A stretch of 64,000 bases of DNA from Glaucostegus cemiculus (GCA_976551045.1 CDPCPM010000013.1:26040001-26104000), one strand, 5' to 3'. Positions 51,340 to 64,000 are shown, counted from the first letter of the stretch. Notes: generated by a model from the sequence alone, not told the origin. A program made the numbers and translations.

Positions 51340-51412
51340 TAACCTGCTGAGTTCCTCCAGCACTTTTTGTGTGTTGTTCCAGATTTCCAGCATCTGTAGT
51401 CTTTCTTGAGTC
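51340..51412 (+). mobile_element. Penelope-like pLTR end
   Basis: cctgctgagttcctccagcactttttgtgtgttgttccagatttccagcatctgtagtc. Confidence 0.8.
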
Positions 51413-52660
51413 TTAATGTTATATTCTGCCTGTTTATGCTCCCTAACCCTAACCTTTAACATGTTGTGCCACACTAATTGTACTTCATACATACTAAGTG
51501 TTGCACTTAAGGTTTAAATCCCACTGTCTTTCCAATGGTGGTTGTGTCAAAGAGTGGCATTAACATGCAGTAGGCAAGGAACTAGGTCCCAAATCTCCAC
51601 TGCTATTCACATGCAGCAGTGAGAATGATAGACCAGAAGTGAGCCTGGTGTGGGCAAGAGAAAGCATTAAGGAAATATCATGCCCTGCTATCTACACTTT
51701 CCTTTATTTCCTGCTGTCATCCCATCCATCTTCTATAGCTCCTCATATTATGTCTTGAAATTCTGAGGCTCAAATAATTCATTGTTTTGGTCCATTATGA
51801 CAGAGCTGGGTAGGTACCTCAATAAAAATTGATATCCTATCACTCAGATCGGAAAGTGAGACAGGTTAAACTGCCTTCTGAACAAAGCAACCATCATAAC
51901 AGAACACATCACAACAGACGTTGAACATAATCTTTAAAATCTGGAAATAAAATGTAAAAGTAACCTTGATATTGCTGAATTTATGTGATAGAAAATCAAC
52001 TTATTGACTTTTGTTAGGTCTATAAACGGTTCCAGTTGCTTATTAAGTTGGTTAACACCTGGTTGTCCTCTAAAATGGGTCAGCAAGCCACAATTCATTT
52101 CAAAATCACAAATGAGGATCCAAGCAGATTACAGCCACCTGAGAACACCAATCACTATCTTTTCAGAGGTTGGGAATTAAATGCCAACGTTGTCCATTTC
52201 TTGGAATTCTGCTCTAGGTGCAATCAGCAACCTGAGCAAATGCTGTGCTTGCAGTTGCGGTGGAATTGAGAAGAATTCAGAGGAACTTTGCTCAAGTTTC
52301 TACTCAATTTTATTTACATATCATCTGATAGGAAATGTTCTCTGAAAGAGTGCAGTGTTCCAGAACATAATTTTCGTCTATTCATTCATGAACTGTATTT
52401 CTTGATATACTAAAGAGCAGTAACCTAGTGTTGTTTAATTCATTGTACTGAAAACAGATGTCTCCAAAGGGTACATCTTTAATCACACTGTTTTGGAAGA
52501 AACTGTACAATAACAACTTACAAATAACATTAATATGCAGTGCTCAGTTTCTTAGCAAATTAAATATAGCTTAATATTTGAAGTTGGAAAGGTGTCTATT
52601 AGTATCTACACACAGGCATGGTTACTGGCAATCAACAAAACATGGCTGAATGCTATCTTA

Positions 52661-52727
52661 GAGTACATAGTAGAATGCTATGAGGACATAGTAGAGGACA
52701 TAGTAGAGGACACAGTAGAATCCTATG
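52661..52727 (+). repeat. Short tandem duplication (12-bp unit)
   Basis: gaggacatagta x ~3, flanked by a duplicated tagaat(g/c)ctatg. Confidence 0.85.
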
Positions 52728-52927
52728 TTAGAAACCATGTGATTAACAACCTCACTTGATGGAAGCTGGCCAGGGGTAGGTATCATTTGCCTCCACTGAT
52801 GCTGCAACTGTCCAGCCACATCCCTATATTAAATATTACAGATTCCAAATAGAATTCTTTGAAGAAAAAACAGAAGAAATGAAGATTATGCTATAGTTGT
52901 AAACATTTGAATTTGTTACATAAAATG

Positions 52928-53360
52928 ATCTGCTGGAGGAACTCAACAGTCAGATTGCATCTGCAGAGAGAATGGATAGTCGATGCTTTGGGTTGAGATC
53001 CTTCATCTGAACTGAAAGAATAGAGGTGAGATATTCAGTATGGAGAGCGAGGGGGAGGAGCAAAGCAGGAGCTGATGAGTGATGGGCAGATCCAGGAGAG
53101 GAGGGGTTGATTGGCAGGTGGAATAGGGTGAGGGAGGGAAGGGTTGAGATAGAAAAAGAGGCTGGGAGATGATAGATGGGGGCAACCAAGGGCTGCAGAT
53201 TATGGAATCTGATAAGAAAGAAAAGTGAAGAGGAACCAAGGAAGGGTGGTATGGTGGTCAAATGGGAAGAGCAGTGGGAGGGGATCAGTGGAAGGAATGT
53301 GTGGGTGATAGACAGATGGAGTAGGTGGGGGAGGGGAAGAAGCTGGGGGGTGGTTTAGAA
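52928..53360 (-). mobile_element. Penelope-like pLTR/3' fragment
   Basis: tgctggaggaactca..gcatctgcagag..tttgggttgagatccttcatctgaactgaaag, followed by the purine-rich body (ctgcagattatggaatctgataag). Confidence 0.8.
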
Positions 53361-55539
53361 AGAACTGAGTGTATGACAGGGCATGAGATCAGAGCTAAAA
53401 AGGGACAGAGGGGGAATAGGTTGCTCCTTAATGTATGATCCCCAGATCCCCATGTTCTTTAAAGGTTATAGGCTCCTCCATACATCCCCATGCCTATTTT
53501 ATGAACAAAAAAAATCTCTACAGCAATATTCTATTGAGCACAAGGTCCAAGGATAGAATCAGCCTCATCCATATAAGCATGGACAAATACATTTCCTCCA
53601 CTTGCTTTGAGATGGGAGATAATTGGGGATGTAATTAGCCTTGGATCCTGTGTTGCAAGGTGGAAAGGGCTTCAGAGAACTTTACCAGACTGGCATCCAG
53701 GAGCATATGTTCAAATGACTTCAAGGAGGAGGAGACAGAATAAGCACTAGGAAAATGTTTGAGAAACACCTAATTGCCAGAGGATCCACACATCACACTC
53801 AAAGACCACTGAGCTGGTAAAGCCATTTCCCTTTAGTACGGGAACAGAATTTAACTGCCTTCTTAACACCTGATTCTGTATGAATGCCCTACACCATATG
53901 TTGGCGATACATGCTGAAATAATCTTTGCACAAGTAGGTGTTTGATATACACACAGAAGGTGTGGAACTAATTCAGCAACCTGCTCTAACGCACAAAATA
54001 ACTCAATCGCTAAAATTCATTCAAGTGTTCATGAAAATATTGAGTAAAATGATTGAATTTCTAGCCTATTACCCTTTAGACTATTGCATTTTATAACATG
54101 GAGTTAATAGCTGGGGACTTTGAAATATCTTTTCTTGATGTCTTTAGTTATCTTATTTTCTTCTTGATATAATTAAGTTAGAAGGATTCCAAATTAGTTA
54201 TATAGGCATTGGGACTGAATTCTGTGACATGACTAAGCTTTTCTATTTCTACTTTGTTGTGAGGCTTGTTTCCTGGGGGCGAGTTTATTTTCTGTCTACT
54301 GCCCCATTTATACCTGTAAACACACTGGTTGAAGAGTCTTAAGTCACAGGAGAAAAGACTTGCCAACTTCCTCTTTGAGGTCCATCTGTTTCAATTTTCA
54401 GGTAAAGTTTGAATTAAGAAACCAGAGCTCCTGCTGAAAGTAGATTCAGTCAAACGACATTACCAAAGGTTATTGCTATTTTCACGACTATCCACATTGT
54501 TACTGACAATTTCTCACTCACCCTCAGACCATTGGCCCTTCAAGTTGGAAGGTATAGATCCTTAAAAGGATTTTTATAGGCTTCCATTTATTTGTGGTAT
54601 ATTTATTATATTATATCCAAGGTACTTGTTACTTGAGCAACTTCACTAAACAAGTTCTTGCAGGTTGTGCACAATGTTCTAATCTTCTCAAGCTTCTGAC
54701 AATGTTTATTTTTCCCTCAAGAGGATTTTCCTAATGATTCCTCTCTAGGAAACAGGAAGAAGAAGCTGACAACAGTTCAGAGGGCAACTCAGCATAGTGC
54801 ACAAGCCCATGTTTATCGCACTGTACTTCTGAAACAAGTGTCTGCAGGTTTTTATTTTTGTATGTATTGGATGAGTTATTTCATCAACAGCATAACTTAT
54901 GTGGCCGAGGTAATATTGGGTGTGTTGGTGTTCCCCTTTATGAGTTGTCCCATGTGACCAGCTGCTCTCCAGGTAGATACTGCAACAATGTGTAGGATGT
55001 CACTTTCAAGACTCCGCCTCTGAGAATAAGATATCCATCTCTGTTGACAAAGCCACAGTAAGAAACATTGTGGACCATAAGGTCTTTTATATCTGAAATA
55101 TTTTAAGTTCTTAACTATCCTCCTAAATCTTAGAGAGTGAACAAAGAATGTGCTGAGACACACCACACAAGAAATCTGATCAATCCCTGTGAATTCAGTA
55201 TAGCCATAATGCGGTAATATTTAATATTACTATAAAATATTGGCTATTGATTTAATCTGGAAGTTATTTAGAAATTAAATACTGTAAGTATTTCTTGTTT
55301 ATAAGAGGAATATCTAAGATCAATTTTTTGAAATTTCGCATTACTCCTGCTGTTAGCATCTTGTCACAAGTCTTCTAGGACACTTTAGCTCACAGCTGTT
55401 TATCTTTTCTAGGTTCCAACTGTACGTCAATGAAACTGTTAGTCCAGATCAACATTTAAAAGTCTCCTGATGTGCAGCATTCCTGAGTGATGAGATGTGT
55501 ATCTTTGTCATCTCTGATGGAATTTTTGCTTTGGAAGTT

Positions 55540-56275
55540 GGAGGTGAAATGCAAGGAGAGGAAGTTATCTTCAGTTGCAGAGAGACTTGGTCAGTCTCCA
55601 TCTGACCATCAAATTTAACTTTAGGCTACTCAAGAAGGATTTGGTGACTTTGTAGGTTTTGAATCCCAGCGTCACCAAAAGACATTATTTTAGAGGGTTA
55701 AATCATGAGGACCACTTGCTTAAATTTGGTCTGAACTGCTTTGAAAATAGAAGATTAAGGGTGGATCTGACCAAGGTATTTAAAATAATTCAGTAAAGAA
55801 ACTACTTCCTCTGGCAGAGAAATCAAGAACAAAAGGATATAATCTTATAATTATTGGTTACAGAAAGATCTTGCAAGACTCTACTGTATCTTCCATTGCC
55901 TTAGGCGATCTTCTTTCCTCAAAGCAATCACTTCCTCTCAAAATATTTACCCATTAGCTAGTCACCAGTATATATTGAAAGTTTAACACTACATTAATTA
56001 GTTAAATCTAAACTGTGAAGAGACAAATAGAGAAAATGTTATTCACAAATATATAATAGAAAACTTGCATGATCTCTTCCAAAATAAGACACAGATTGCA
56101 GGGTCATTTGGAACTTTTGGAGATTGAGGTGATTAATAAAAAAATTAGCTTAGAGTATCAAGGGACATGGAGCAGAGTTGGTAAGTGGAATTGAGATAGA
56201 GATTGACCATGGTCAAATTGAATGGCAGAGCAGGCACGAAGAGATGAATCGCTGATTCCTGCATTCCCATAACAT
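55540..56275 (+). mobile_element. Decayed CR1 3' fragment (interrupted)
   Basis: ttggtcagtctccatctg (LVxxHL), agaagattaagggtggatctga..gtatttaaaat (RRLRGDL..VFK), tail aattgaatggcagagcaggcacgaagag. Confidence 0.7.
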
Positions 56276-59200
56276 TTGTTTACCTGCAGATATGCTGAAG
56301 GTTAGAGGCTCATGGAGAAGGAATAAAATTGATTTCTTTGGTCATTCATGTTGTAAAACTGATGTTGAAGAAGGTTTCAGTTAATCATTTGGGAGTGATG
56401 TTTGTGCTTGTTAGCTTATTTGTCCTCGGGGTGCTGTGGGAGTTCTAAACTTGGATATTTCTGTATGTATTTTTTTTCCCTTCATATCCAGATTTGCTGT
56501 TTTTGTTGCAAATGAACATATGTTTCTGCAGTTTAAATAAATTCTTCCCTCTTCAGCGGTTATCTGGGGATATGTTTTCAAACTGTTTGAAAGGTTGGCC
56601 CTGTGCTTTTCTCCATATGAATATAGATTCCCATTTCCAGTATGTTCAGGATGTGTATCCATATCTTTCTGCTCTTTTCAATGGGTCTAATCTTGTGGAC
56701 ATGGCTACTGTCTACTGTCATGATCCCTCAATATGGCCATCCATTCCTATGTTTACTTGGTCCACATGTTGAGGGCTTGTCTTGTTCTATTTTCATGATA
56801 TATCCTGAACAGCTGCAAGGCCTCCAATAGTGCACTGATAAAGCCTCACTTTTGAAACACTGTTGACAGCCGGCAAGCAAAATGCCTCACCAAACTTTAC
56901 TGGCCATCAAAACTATAAGGTTTTCTAAGCACCTCTGAATGTTTCTGATGTTCAGACACCTACAATCTAGTTTAAAAAATGGAGTAATGAATGAAACAAA
57001 ACTGAAGGAAATACTAGCCTGAAACTATTAAACACAAAAGTAATCAAAGCATCAAATCAACTGAAATAATTAAAATCAAAAGAACTTAGTTTACCTTTTG
57101 ATTACTTTGCCTTTTTCTTTCATCACCACAACACTGAAATCCCCCACCCCATATAAAAAGTAGGGTCTGTGCCAGGTTAATATAGGATCCAAGAGACAGT
57201 TCTACATAGAATTCAGCAGCACAATAGATTTAGCACCCTGAATCTTTCAGTAAGTTCGGGACTTCTGCTTTTGATAACACATGCACAGGAGTCCTAGACA
57301 TGCTGAGAGTTAAACAATTAAAATATTGCAATTTCTGTTTGTAACCAATGTCGTTTACCATCAAGACCAATATTTTCATTGCTATCAACACTCCCCAATG
57401 TTGCCTTAAACTGAAACATATAATGCAAGAAATTATAGCTGATGGCATTACAGCAAGAGTATTCAATGAATTCATGTACTTGTAATTTGCCCACTATTTA
57501 ATTGGAGGATTTAATCAATCTCAACAAAATGTTAGTGAAAGGAATGTTGTCCCATTGCTTTAACCACTCAACCATGAGTATGACCAACATATTGAAACTT
57601 CTAGTCTTTGACTCTTTCTGCTGGAATGGCAAGGTCATTTTGCAGTGCCTGCTTAAACTGGTGAATAGTTACCATGGCTAATTGCCAGTTTAATAGTTTC
57701 ATTCTGCCCAAAGGTAGGGCTACTCTTGTATGTAAAGTTAATGGAGTTAAAGATCATCAGTGGATGGAAAAAAGCATTCTGATACATGTCTACCTCTGAT
57801 TTCACCTTAGTTAACAGGCAGTGTGGAGTGGGGGTTGGGGAGAGATGATGTGGTTGGGTGGTGGGTGAACAATCGGTATAAGCGGGCATCCTGAGTAAGA
57901 CTTCAAGCCAGCCTGATTTCTCAGATGTGGTTTGCTCCGACTCTCTTTAGTATTCTGATACACTTTATTCCAGGAGATGTGCAACTCTCAATCGTCCTTC
58001 AGCTCCCCAGAAATGTGAGTGCTGCTTGCATTACGGAGTCACTGGTCTGTCCCCAATCCAGCCTCTCCTCCATCACTTCCTCTGCAAGGAGTTTGGGAGC
58101 TTTGGGCTTTCTAATCACTGTGACTTTCCTGAAGACAAGCCAGGAGCTAATGTTGCTATATCTTGGCCTATTAGTCTTCCTGATAAACTGTAGAGAAAAA
58201 ATGTGGATTTTAACCACATTTTGTTAATTAGAAAAAAAAAACTTATTTCTCTGCAAATAGTGGAATGGATTCCCAGTTAATGAACTTCACTGTATCACCC
58301 AACAAGATCTGACTGAGTACCTAACTATTAATGGGGTTAATAGATATAAGGCAAGATACTGGGAGAGACATTTATCTTTGGCTGCTGACACTAAACATGA
58401 GAGCACCAGCCATTGGTTGCAGTTACTTCTGCACATTGCAGTTGATGAAGAGGGGTTCAATCAGCACTAATATTGTAGCACAGATAGAGTGCTGTTGAGC
58501 ATGGACAAGTTATCCTACTTAATCACTTCCTGTGTAGAATAATGGAATTGTGGACATCCAAAGAATAATGAAAAACCTAAATGTGAGGTTAAATAGAAAG
58601 ATTTTGGAGTTTTGGCCAGTGGGAATGTGGAGAAACTTTTGAGGCAGTTCATCAGGAGATCTAAGACATCACATTCTCAAGGACCCCTAATCAGAATAGA
58701 ATTGATTGGCTGAATGCCAGTTCTCATTGTGAGTTGTTCTCTCATACCTTTTGATTCACTTTAAATTCTGAACTACTTACAAATGTCATGGAAAATGCAG
58801 CAAATCAATTCTTTAGGCCTTTCTAGGACATTCACTCTTCTCAAACAAGGAATGAATCTCTTCCCAGGGAATTCTGAGTATCATTTTGATAAAGTAATGT
58901 AAGAGCACTGTAGACTGATTTAACCTGGATTTTCCTTTTCTCAGAAAAGGATAGCTCTTTACTTTGCATTCTGCACTTGACCTCGTTACATCCCTGTCAA
59001 TTTTGTTGAAATGAGGAATTCAAACTGTTGCAATATTCTCTGTGGCTGCTCTGTGTGGCAATAGTGCAGAGATATTCAAAAGAAGCCAGCACTGAAAATG
59101 TATCTATTAGTGCCTGTTTTTTCAATGCAGAAAATTGCAATTCATATTTGTACACCTGATGATTTTTACAGTCGGTCATGCACACAGCAACATAACCAGG

Positions 59201-59577
59201 CGGTACTACATGCCACCTCTCTTATGGCAAAAGCAACCAAGGAATTTTGTCAAATAGCAACAATATGTTGTGCTACTCTGTTGAATTTATGTCTATTTAA
59301 AGAAGCACTCTGCTGATATCAGTGGACCTTCAGAACTGACTGCAGACAGTCCATACACCTTCCAAAGTCCACAATGTGCTTAAAGTAACAGGAGGTGATT
59401 TATTAGCACTTTTGCTGCTGGGATACGTATATAATGGGGGCCTCAGAGAGATTTTTTACTGGAGGCATGATTATGGCATTGACTGTGGTGGAAGAGTCAA
59501 ATCAGGGCAGGAGGCAAAGGCATGTCCATCTTCAAGAGAACCCCCACTGGAGGTTTCAGAGAGAGCACATCCTGCCT

Positions 59578-59765
59578 GGAGGAACAAACAAAGTGCTGGA
59601 GGAACTCAGTGGGTCAGGCATCATCTGTGGAAGGAAATGGACAGTTGACGTTTCGGGTCAAGATGAGTCCAGATGAAGGCCCTCCACAGATGCTGCCTGA
59701 CTTGTTGAGTTCCTCCACCATTTTGCTGTTTGATTAGAAAACAGCATATGCAGTCTCTTGTGTCA
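59578..59765. mobile_element. Two Penelope-like pLTR fragments in inverted orientation
   Basis: aaagtgctggaggaactcagtgggtcaggcatcatctgtgga pairs with tccacagatgctgcctgacttgttgagttcctccaccatttt. Confidence 0.85.
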
Positions 59766-59952
59766 ACATTCTACCTGGCCCTCTATTCACAGGCTTAGGC
59801 TTATCAAAGCTTTCATCTCTGAGAAATAGGGAATGCTGCAATAAGACCTCCGACCACACTCTCATGGCTGGACTGCTCTTTCTGTGAGGTCAGGATTACC
59901 TTGACTCTCATCTTCCTAACCACACTACTATTCCAAGCAGCCATAATAGATC

Positions 59953-60190
59953 CTGGCTTGGGCTTCCTCGGGTGCTCCAGTCTCCTCCCATATCCCAAAG
60001 ACACACGGGTTGGTAGGTTAGCTGGCCACTGTAGATTTCCCTTAGTGTGTAAGTGAGTGGAAGAATCTAGGGGAATTTGATGAAAATGTGGAGGGAATAA
60101 GAATGAGATTAATGTAGGTTTAGTATAAATTGAATCGATGGGCCGAATGTCCTGTTTCTGTGCTGTATCATTCCACGATTCTGTCTCTGT
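59953..60190 (+). mobile_element. HE1-type V-SINE, 5'-truncated, CR1/HER1 tail
   Basis: tgggcttcctcgggtgctccagtctcctcccatatcccaaagac core; tail atgggccgaatgtcctgtttctgtgctgtat. Confidence 0.88.
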
Positions 60191-60194
60191 CATG

Positions 60195-60597
60195 TCAGAA
60201 TCAGAATCAGATTTATTATCATAGACTTAGGTGATGTAAAATTTGTTGTTTTGTGGCAGCAAAAAGACATAAAATTACTATGTTACAAAAATAAATAAAT
60301 AGCGTAAAAAAAGGAGTAACAAGGTAGTGTTCATGGGTTCATGGACCATTCAGAATTCTGATGGCTGTCTCTGAATCACTAAGTGTAGGTCTTCAAGCTC
60401 CTGTACCTCCTCCATGATGGTAATAATGAGAAGTGGGTGTGACCCAGCCCTCGACGCCAGCAAGACCAAGACATTGATCGTGGACTTCAGGAAGGAGAAG
60501 TCAGGAGAAGCCAGTCCTCATTGAGGGGTCAATGGTTGAAAAGGTGAGCAGCTTCAAATCCCTGGGCATCAACACCTCGGAGTCCAACACATTGTAG
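60195..60597. mobile_element. Rex1/Babar LINE with inverted 5' segment
   Basis: 60195-60447 minus: LGHTHFSLLPSWRRYRSLKT plus 3' UTR and (tctgat)n tail. 60447-60597 plus: ALDASKTKTLIVDFRKEKSGE/PVLIEGSMVEKVSSFKSLGINTSE. Confidence 0.85.
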
Positions 60598-60659
60598 AAC
60601 AAAAGAGAGGTAGGGCTAGTAAAGGGGAGGAGAAGCATGTGTTGGGGGGGGCAATGGCG

Positions 60660-61030
60660 AAGGGGTGTGAGGATTACTCTTCCCTTTTCCTTCTTTTCTT
60701 CCCTTTTTCCCTTTCCTAGCCTCTCTCTCTTTTTTCTGCCCCGATTTATTTCCTTTCTCTCCTTGCCTTTGATGCATCCCTGATGGATCTGCTCTCCTCT
60801 CCTCCTCCACACCTGCCTATCACTATCTCTGACCTGCATCTACCTGTCACCACCTTGTGTCCACCCCATCTCCCCTCTTTTGTCCACCTATCTCTGCTTT
60901 TCCCTCTTATATATTGGGCTTCGCCTTTTCCAGTCTTCGTCCTGAGAAAGGGTCCTGACCCAAAACGTTGACCACCTGCTTTTCTCCACGGATGCTGCCT
61001 GGCCTGCTGAGTTCCTCCAGCATCATCATG
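60660..61030 (+). mobile_element. Penelope-like pLTR/3' fragment with degenerate hammerhead motif
   Basis: Pyrimidine-rich body, then gtcctgagaaagggtcctgacccaaaacgttgac..ggatgctgcctggcctgctgagttcctccagcat. Confidence 0.8.
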
Positions 61031-61589
61031 TTTTACCGCATGTTTAACATGTTCCTCCTCAACAAAACTGATCTGCCAAACATTTTCCACTCTTTTTCCC
61101 TGGCTCCAGATCCCTGTCACAGCCCTTTGAAATCTGCTGAGTGCTGCAGCAATGACAGCCATATTGTTGTGGGGAATACCACTGGTCTTCTGGGATGTCA
61201 GTGCCTTCGCCAGTCTCAGAGAGGGTGGGGAATTGCGGGGAGGGGGGAGGGGAGGAGAGGTTACTTTGCAGTATAAACTCAGTAAGTGAGGAAATTTCTG
61301 CACTTGCGCTGTGTGCTGCAAAACCCAGCAATCCTCAGGCAGCAGCTGGTGTTGGAGGAAGAGCAGCAGGTAGACCCAGAGCCCGATGGACATGAGGCAC
61401 AGGTTGAAGAGCAGCAGGAGCAAGGGGGTGCAGGACATGGTGAAGGTTAGAGGTGTAAAGCACTGGGGCAAGTCCAAGCAGAAGAACAAAGCTTTACCTC
61501 TCAGCAGAGTGGAGGAAGATGCATTCAGTGCACAGGGAATAAGGATTTCTCTGATGGAGATACACTTTTTATAAGGATCTGCAAGGAGA

Positions 61590-61680
61590 CAGAAGAATCA
61601 CTGATGATTTTATTGAATAATGGAGTAGGCACGAGGGGCAGGATGGCCTGTCTTTGCATTTCCTTCTTATGTTCTTATTC
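61590..61680 (+). mobile_element. CR1 3' tail
   Basis: ttattgaataatggagtaggcacgaggggcaggatggcct..ttcttatgttctt. Confidence 0.7.
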
Positions 61681-64000
61681 TGCTAAATCACAGCCCTCAA
61701 TCTAGACCAAGTGACCCTGTCCACAATCCAGTCCTTAGCTATAGAGTACATTTATTCACCAGAGAGAGCCCAGATGACACGTCATGGTTCTTCATATCCT
61801 CTTTCGCAGGATCAACTATATTGATCATAAGACATCAATAATCATTAATCATTTACTACAACAGTTTTCAGTGCAGGTCACCATGACAAACCTTATGAGG
61901 ACATGAAATTTATTTCTGCATTGCTCAGATAAGTGGGGAGACTGCTGGAGCCATCTCCATCTTGCCATAGTGATGCTTGTGCTTCTTTTGACTCCCCACA
62001 CATAGGATATCCCTGTCTCATTTCTGTGGAAATGCAGGTCTTTTTCACTAGATCTCTGGGTCCTCTCCATTTCCCTGCAGCCTCTCCATTGTCCACAGCA
62101 ACTGACATGTGTGTTGATGGTGTCTGGCTGCTTTGGAATGTTCCCTTATGGAATGAGGTTCCCCCCCAGATTAGCTTGTAAGAAATTTGTCAAAAGGTTC
62201 ATTGGGAACCTTTTCTGATTGGGATCTGATCTGATTGGGAACCACACCGGGTCCTGTTTTAGAGCTTGACTCTGTATATAAAATGCCACAATGCTATTTC
62301 TAACATACTTTGGGTCAGTTTCATGATTTTTCTGGCAACCCAGTTGGGCCTTTGCACTATATATTTAATGCATCGAAAAAGAGTAAAATCTATTCTCTAA
62401 CTGTTCATAATTTTGTCACAGAATTCACAGAAATTCTTCTTCATGGGACTCTTTAAAAAATGGCTATAACTCTACGGTCTTCATCGTGCATCATCAGGAT
62501 AAAGTACAGTTAATGTTTGACACTGCTGGCTGTTGAGATATTACCCTTTTTGGGTTTGCAGAACTAGTGCAGCAAGAGAGATTGTAACAGAAGTGGTGAT
62601 TTATTCTCTCACTTTTGCTATTACAGTATTGCTTGTCAGCATAGCACAAAGTTCTCCATTGGGAGAGAGCTAGACCCATCTTTTACTGCCACTTGCCCTG
62701 AATGACTTTTAAACCAGGGATAAGTGAGATGGGAGGATGAATGTCACCCTCTCCCATCTCAGGCCTGCTGGTACATGCTGCTAGTTTTTTGATTGACAGC
62801 TACTAATAACCTTTGTGCTCCATATGCCATGGAGACACTCTATTAGGACAAGCAGCCAAGAAAATCTAGGAAGAAAGCCAAATCTGCAGTGAGTTATTAT
62901 CAGTCCAGTATTTATCTCAGCTTTATAATTTTTTCAGTGATATGCAAATTCTGAAGCAGAGCTTCTGCAGTTGAAGGGCAGGTCCCTCTGTTAATTGATC
63001 CACTGAGATTAAGCCCAATTCATTTCAATCTTCACTTATAGCTCCGACAAGGAAATAAATGACTGTGTAGCAGTTTACAGCTTCCATAAACTTGCTGTAT
63101 TTAAGCTATCATTTACCTTTGCATATCAGTAGCACACAATGAAAATACCTCATATATATGCGATTAAATGTATTGTTGAGTAAAGTTGAAATCAATTTAT
63201 GACACTTATAAACAAAGGAACAAAAAGAGTTCATCAAGGGTAATCCTTACATATCTCTTTCAATAATTCTGCCAATTTTAATTCTATTTGCCTTTCCTAT
63301 AATGTATTGGTAAGCATATGTAGCTCTGTGTACAATTATAAAATATAACAATTATTGTCACTTAGTGCTGCTTCATGCAATTTTTAATTTTCCAACAAAT
63401 AGCTGAATACTGAATGTATTAACAAAATAATATCATATTTCTTTTATTGCTTGTAACCATAATCAAATTTGGAAAGTAAATAAGAATGAGAATAGAAATT
63501 GATACACAGGTTTCATAATATCTAATTATTCAGTTGCACATAAATCTTCTGATTATGGGCGTGTTCTGATTACTTGTGAATGGTATTAAACTCCACAGTC
63601 GATGCAATTTGGCCCCAAATCAGGACATGTCATTATTTGCATGCAAGCTGCTGTGATTTCAGAAGGATCACAGCCTTCAAATGGCAAAAAATTAAACACA
63701 AAAACATGTAAACTAATGGTAATAATTACCTCAAAAGAGTGTGTTTATTTAGGCTTTAACACAACCAATGTGTGATTCAGTCCTTGGCTTCAACTTGTCA
63801 CTACACAGCACCCCAGCTAAGGCAAGCTTCCTCATTTATCTAATATTACTCAAATACACTACAAGGACAAACTCATCCACCTTCTTTGACAATTTGATTT
63901 GTTTCCAAGAGATATGCCATTAAAAAGTCAGATCATAAGAAAAGTTTCAATTTGCTGTCATTTGTTATATCACTGTATGTTGCCACAGTCCATGATGCTG

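Noticed and set aside
60746-61489. Longest ORF (247 aa, minus strand)
   Set aside because: No recognisable domain; it runs into the antisense strand of a Penelope fragment and low-complexity sequence.
62256-62266. GTTTTAGAGCT, matching the start of the SpCas9 CRISPR repeat
   Set aside because: Single 11-mer in vertebrate DNA with no array or cas genes; chance.
1-64000. LINE strand bias as a clue to host-gene direction
   Set aside because: CR1 copies lie on both strands in similar numbers; uninformative.

Overview
This window is vertebrate non-coding DNA: AT-rich, CpG-depleted and repeat-dense. The repeat inventory (CR1/HER1-type LINE 3' ends, Rex1/Babar LINEs, HE1-like V-SINEs, Deu-domain SINE and L2 relics, Penelope-like pLTR fragments, one RTE-clade LINE) is characteristic of a cartilaginous fish, probably a batoid. 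It looks like a large intron or gene desert. I could not identify any host protein-coding exon, tRNA, rRNA or CRISPR array. The long ORFs are retroelement relics or chance. The best leads are: (1) a CpG-retaining ~400 bp segment at ~19.8-20.2 kb with ten same-strand TGACA motifs (enhancer candidate); (2) degenerate hammerhead-ribozyme motifs in Penelope pLTR fragments, two with a CAGAUGA core and one with CAAAUGA; (3) a Rex1/Babar copy with a twin-priming-like 5' inversion; (4) two V-SINEs with the same core but tails from different LINE clades; (5) a pre-miRNA-sized hairpin built inside a CR1 relic; (6) a candidate solo LTR; (7) a palindrome-rich, repeat-poor block at ~49-50 kb. All calls were made by eye, boundaries are approximate, and no database search was run. 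I do not claim a confirmed new system.
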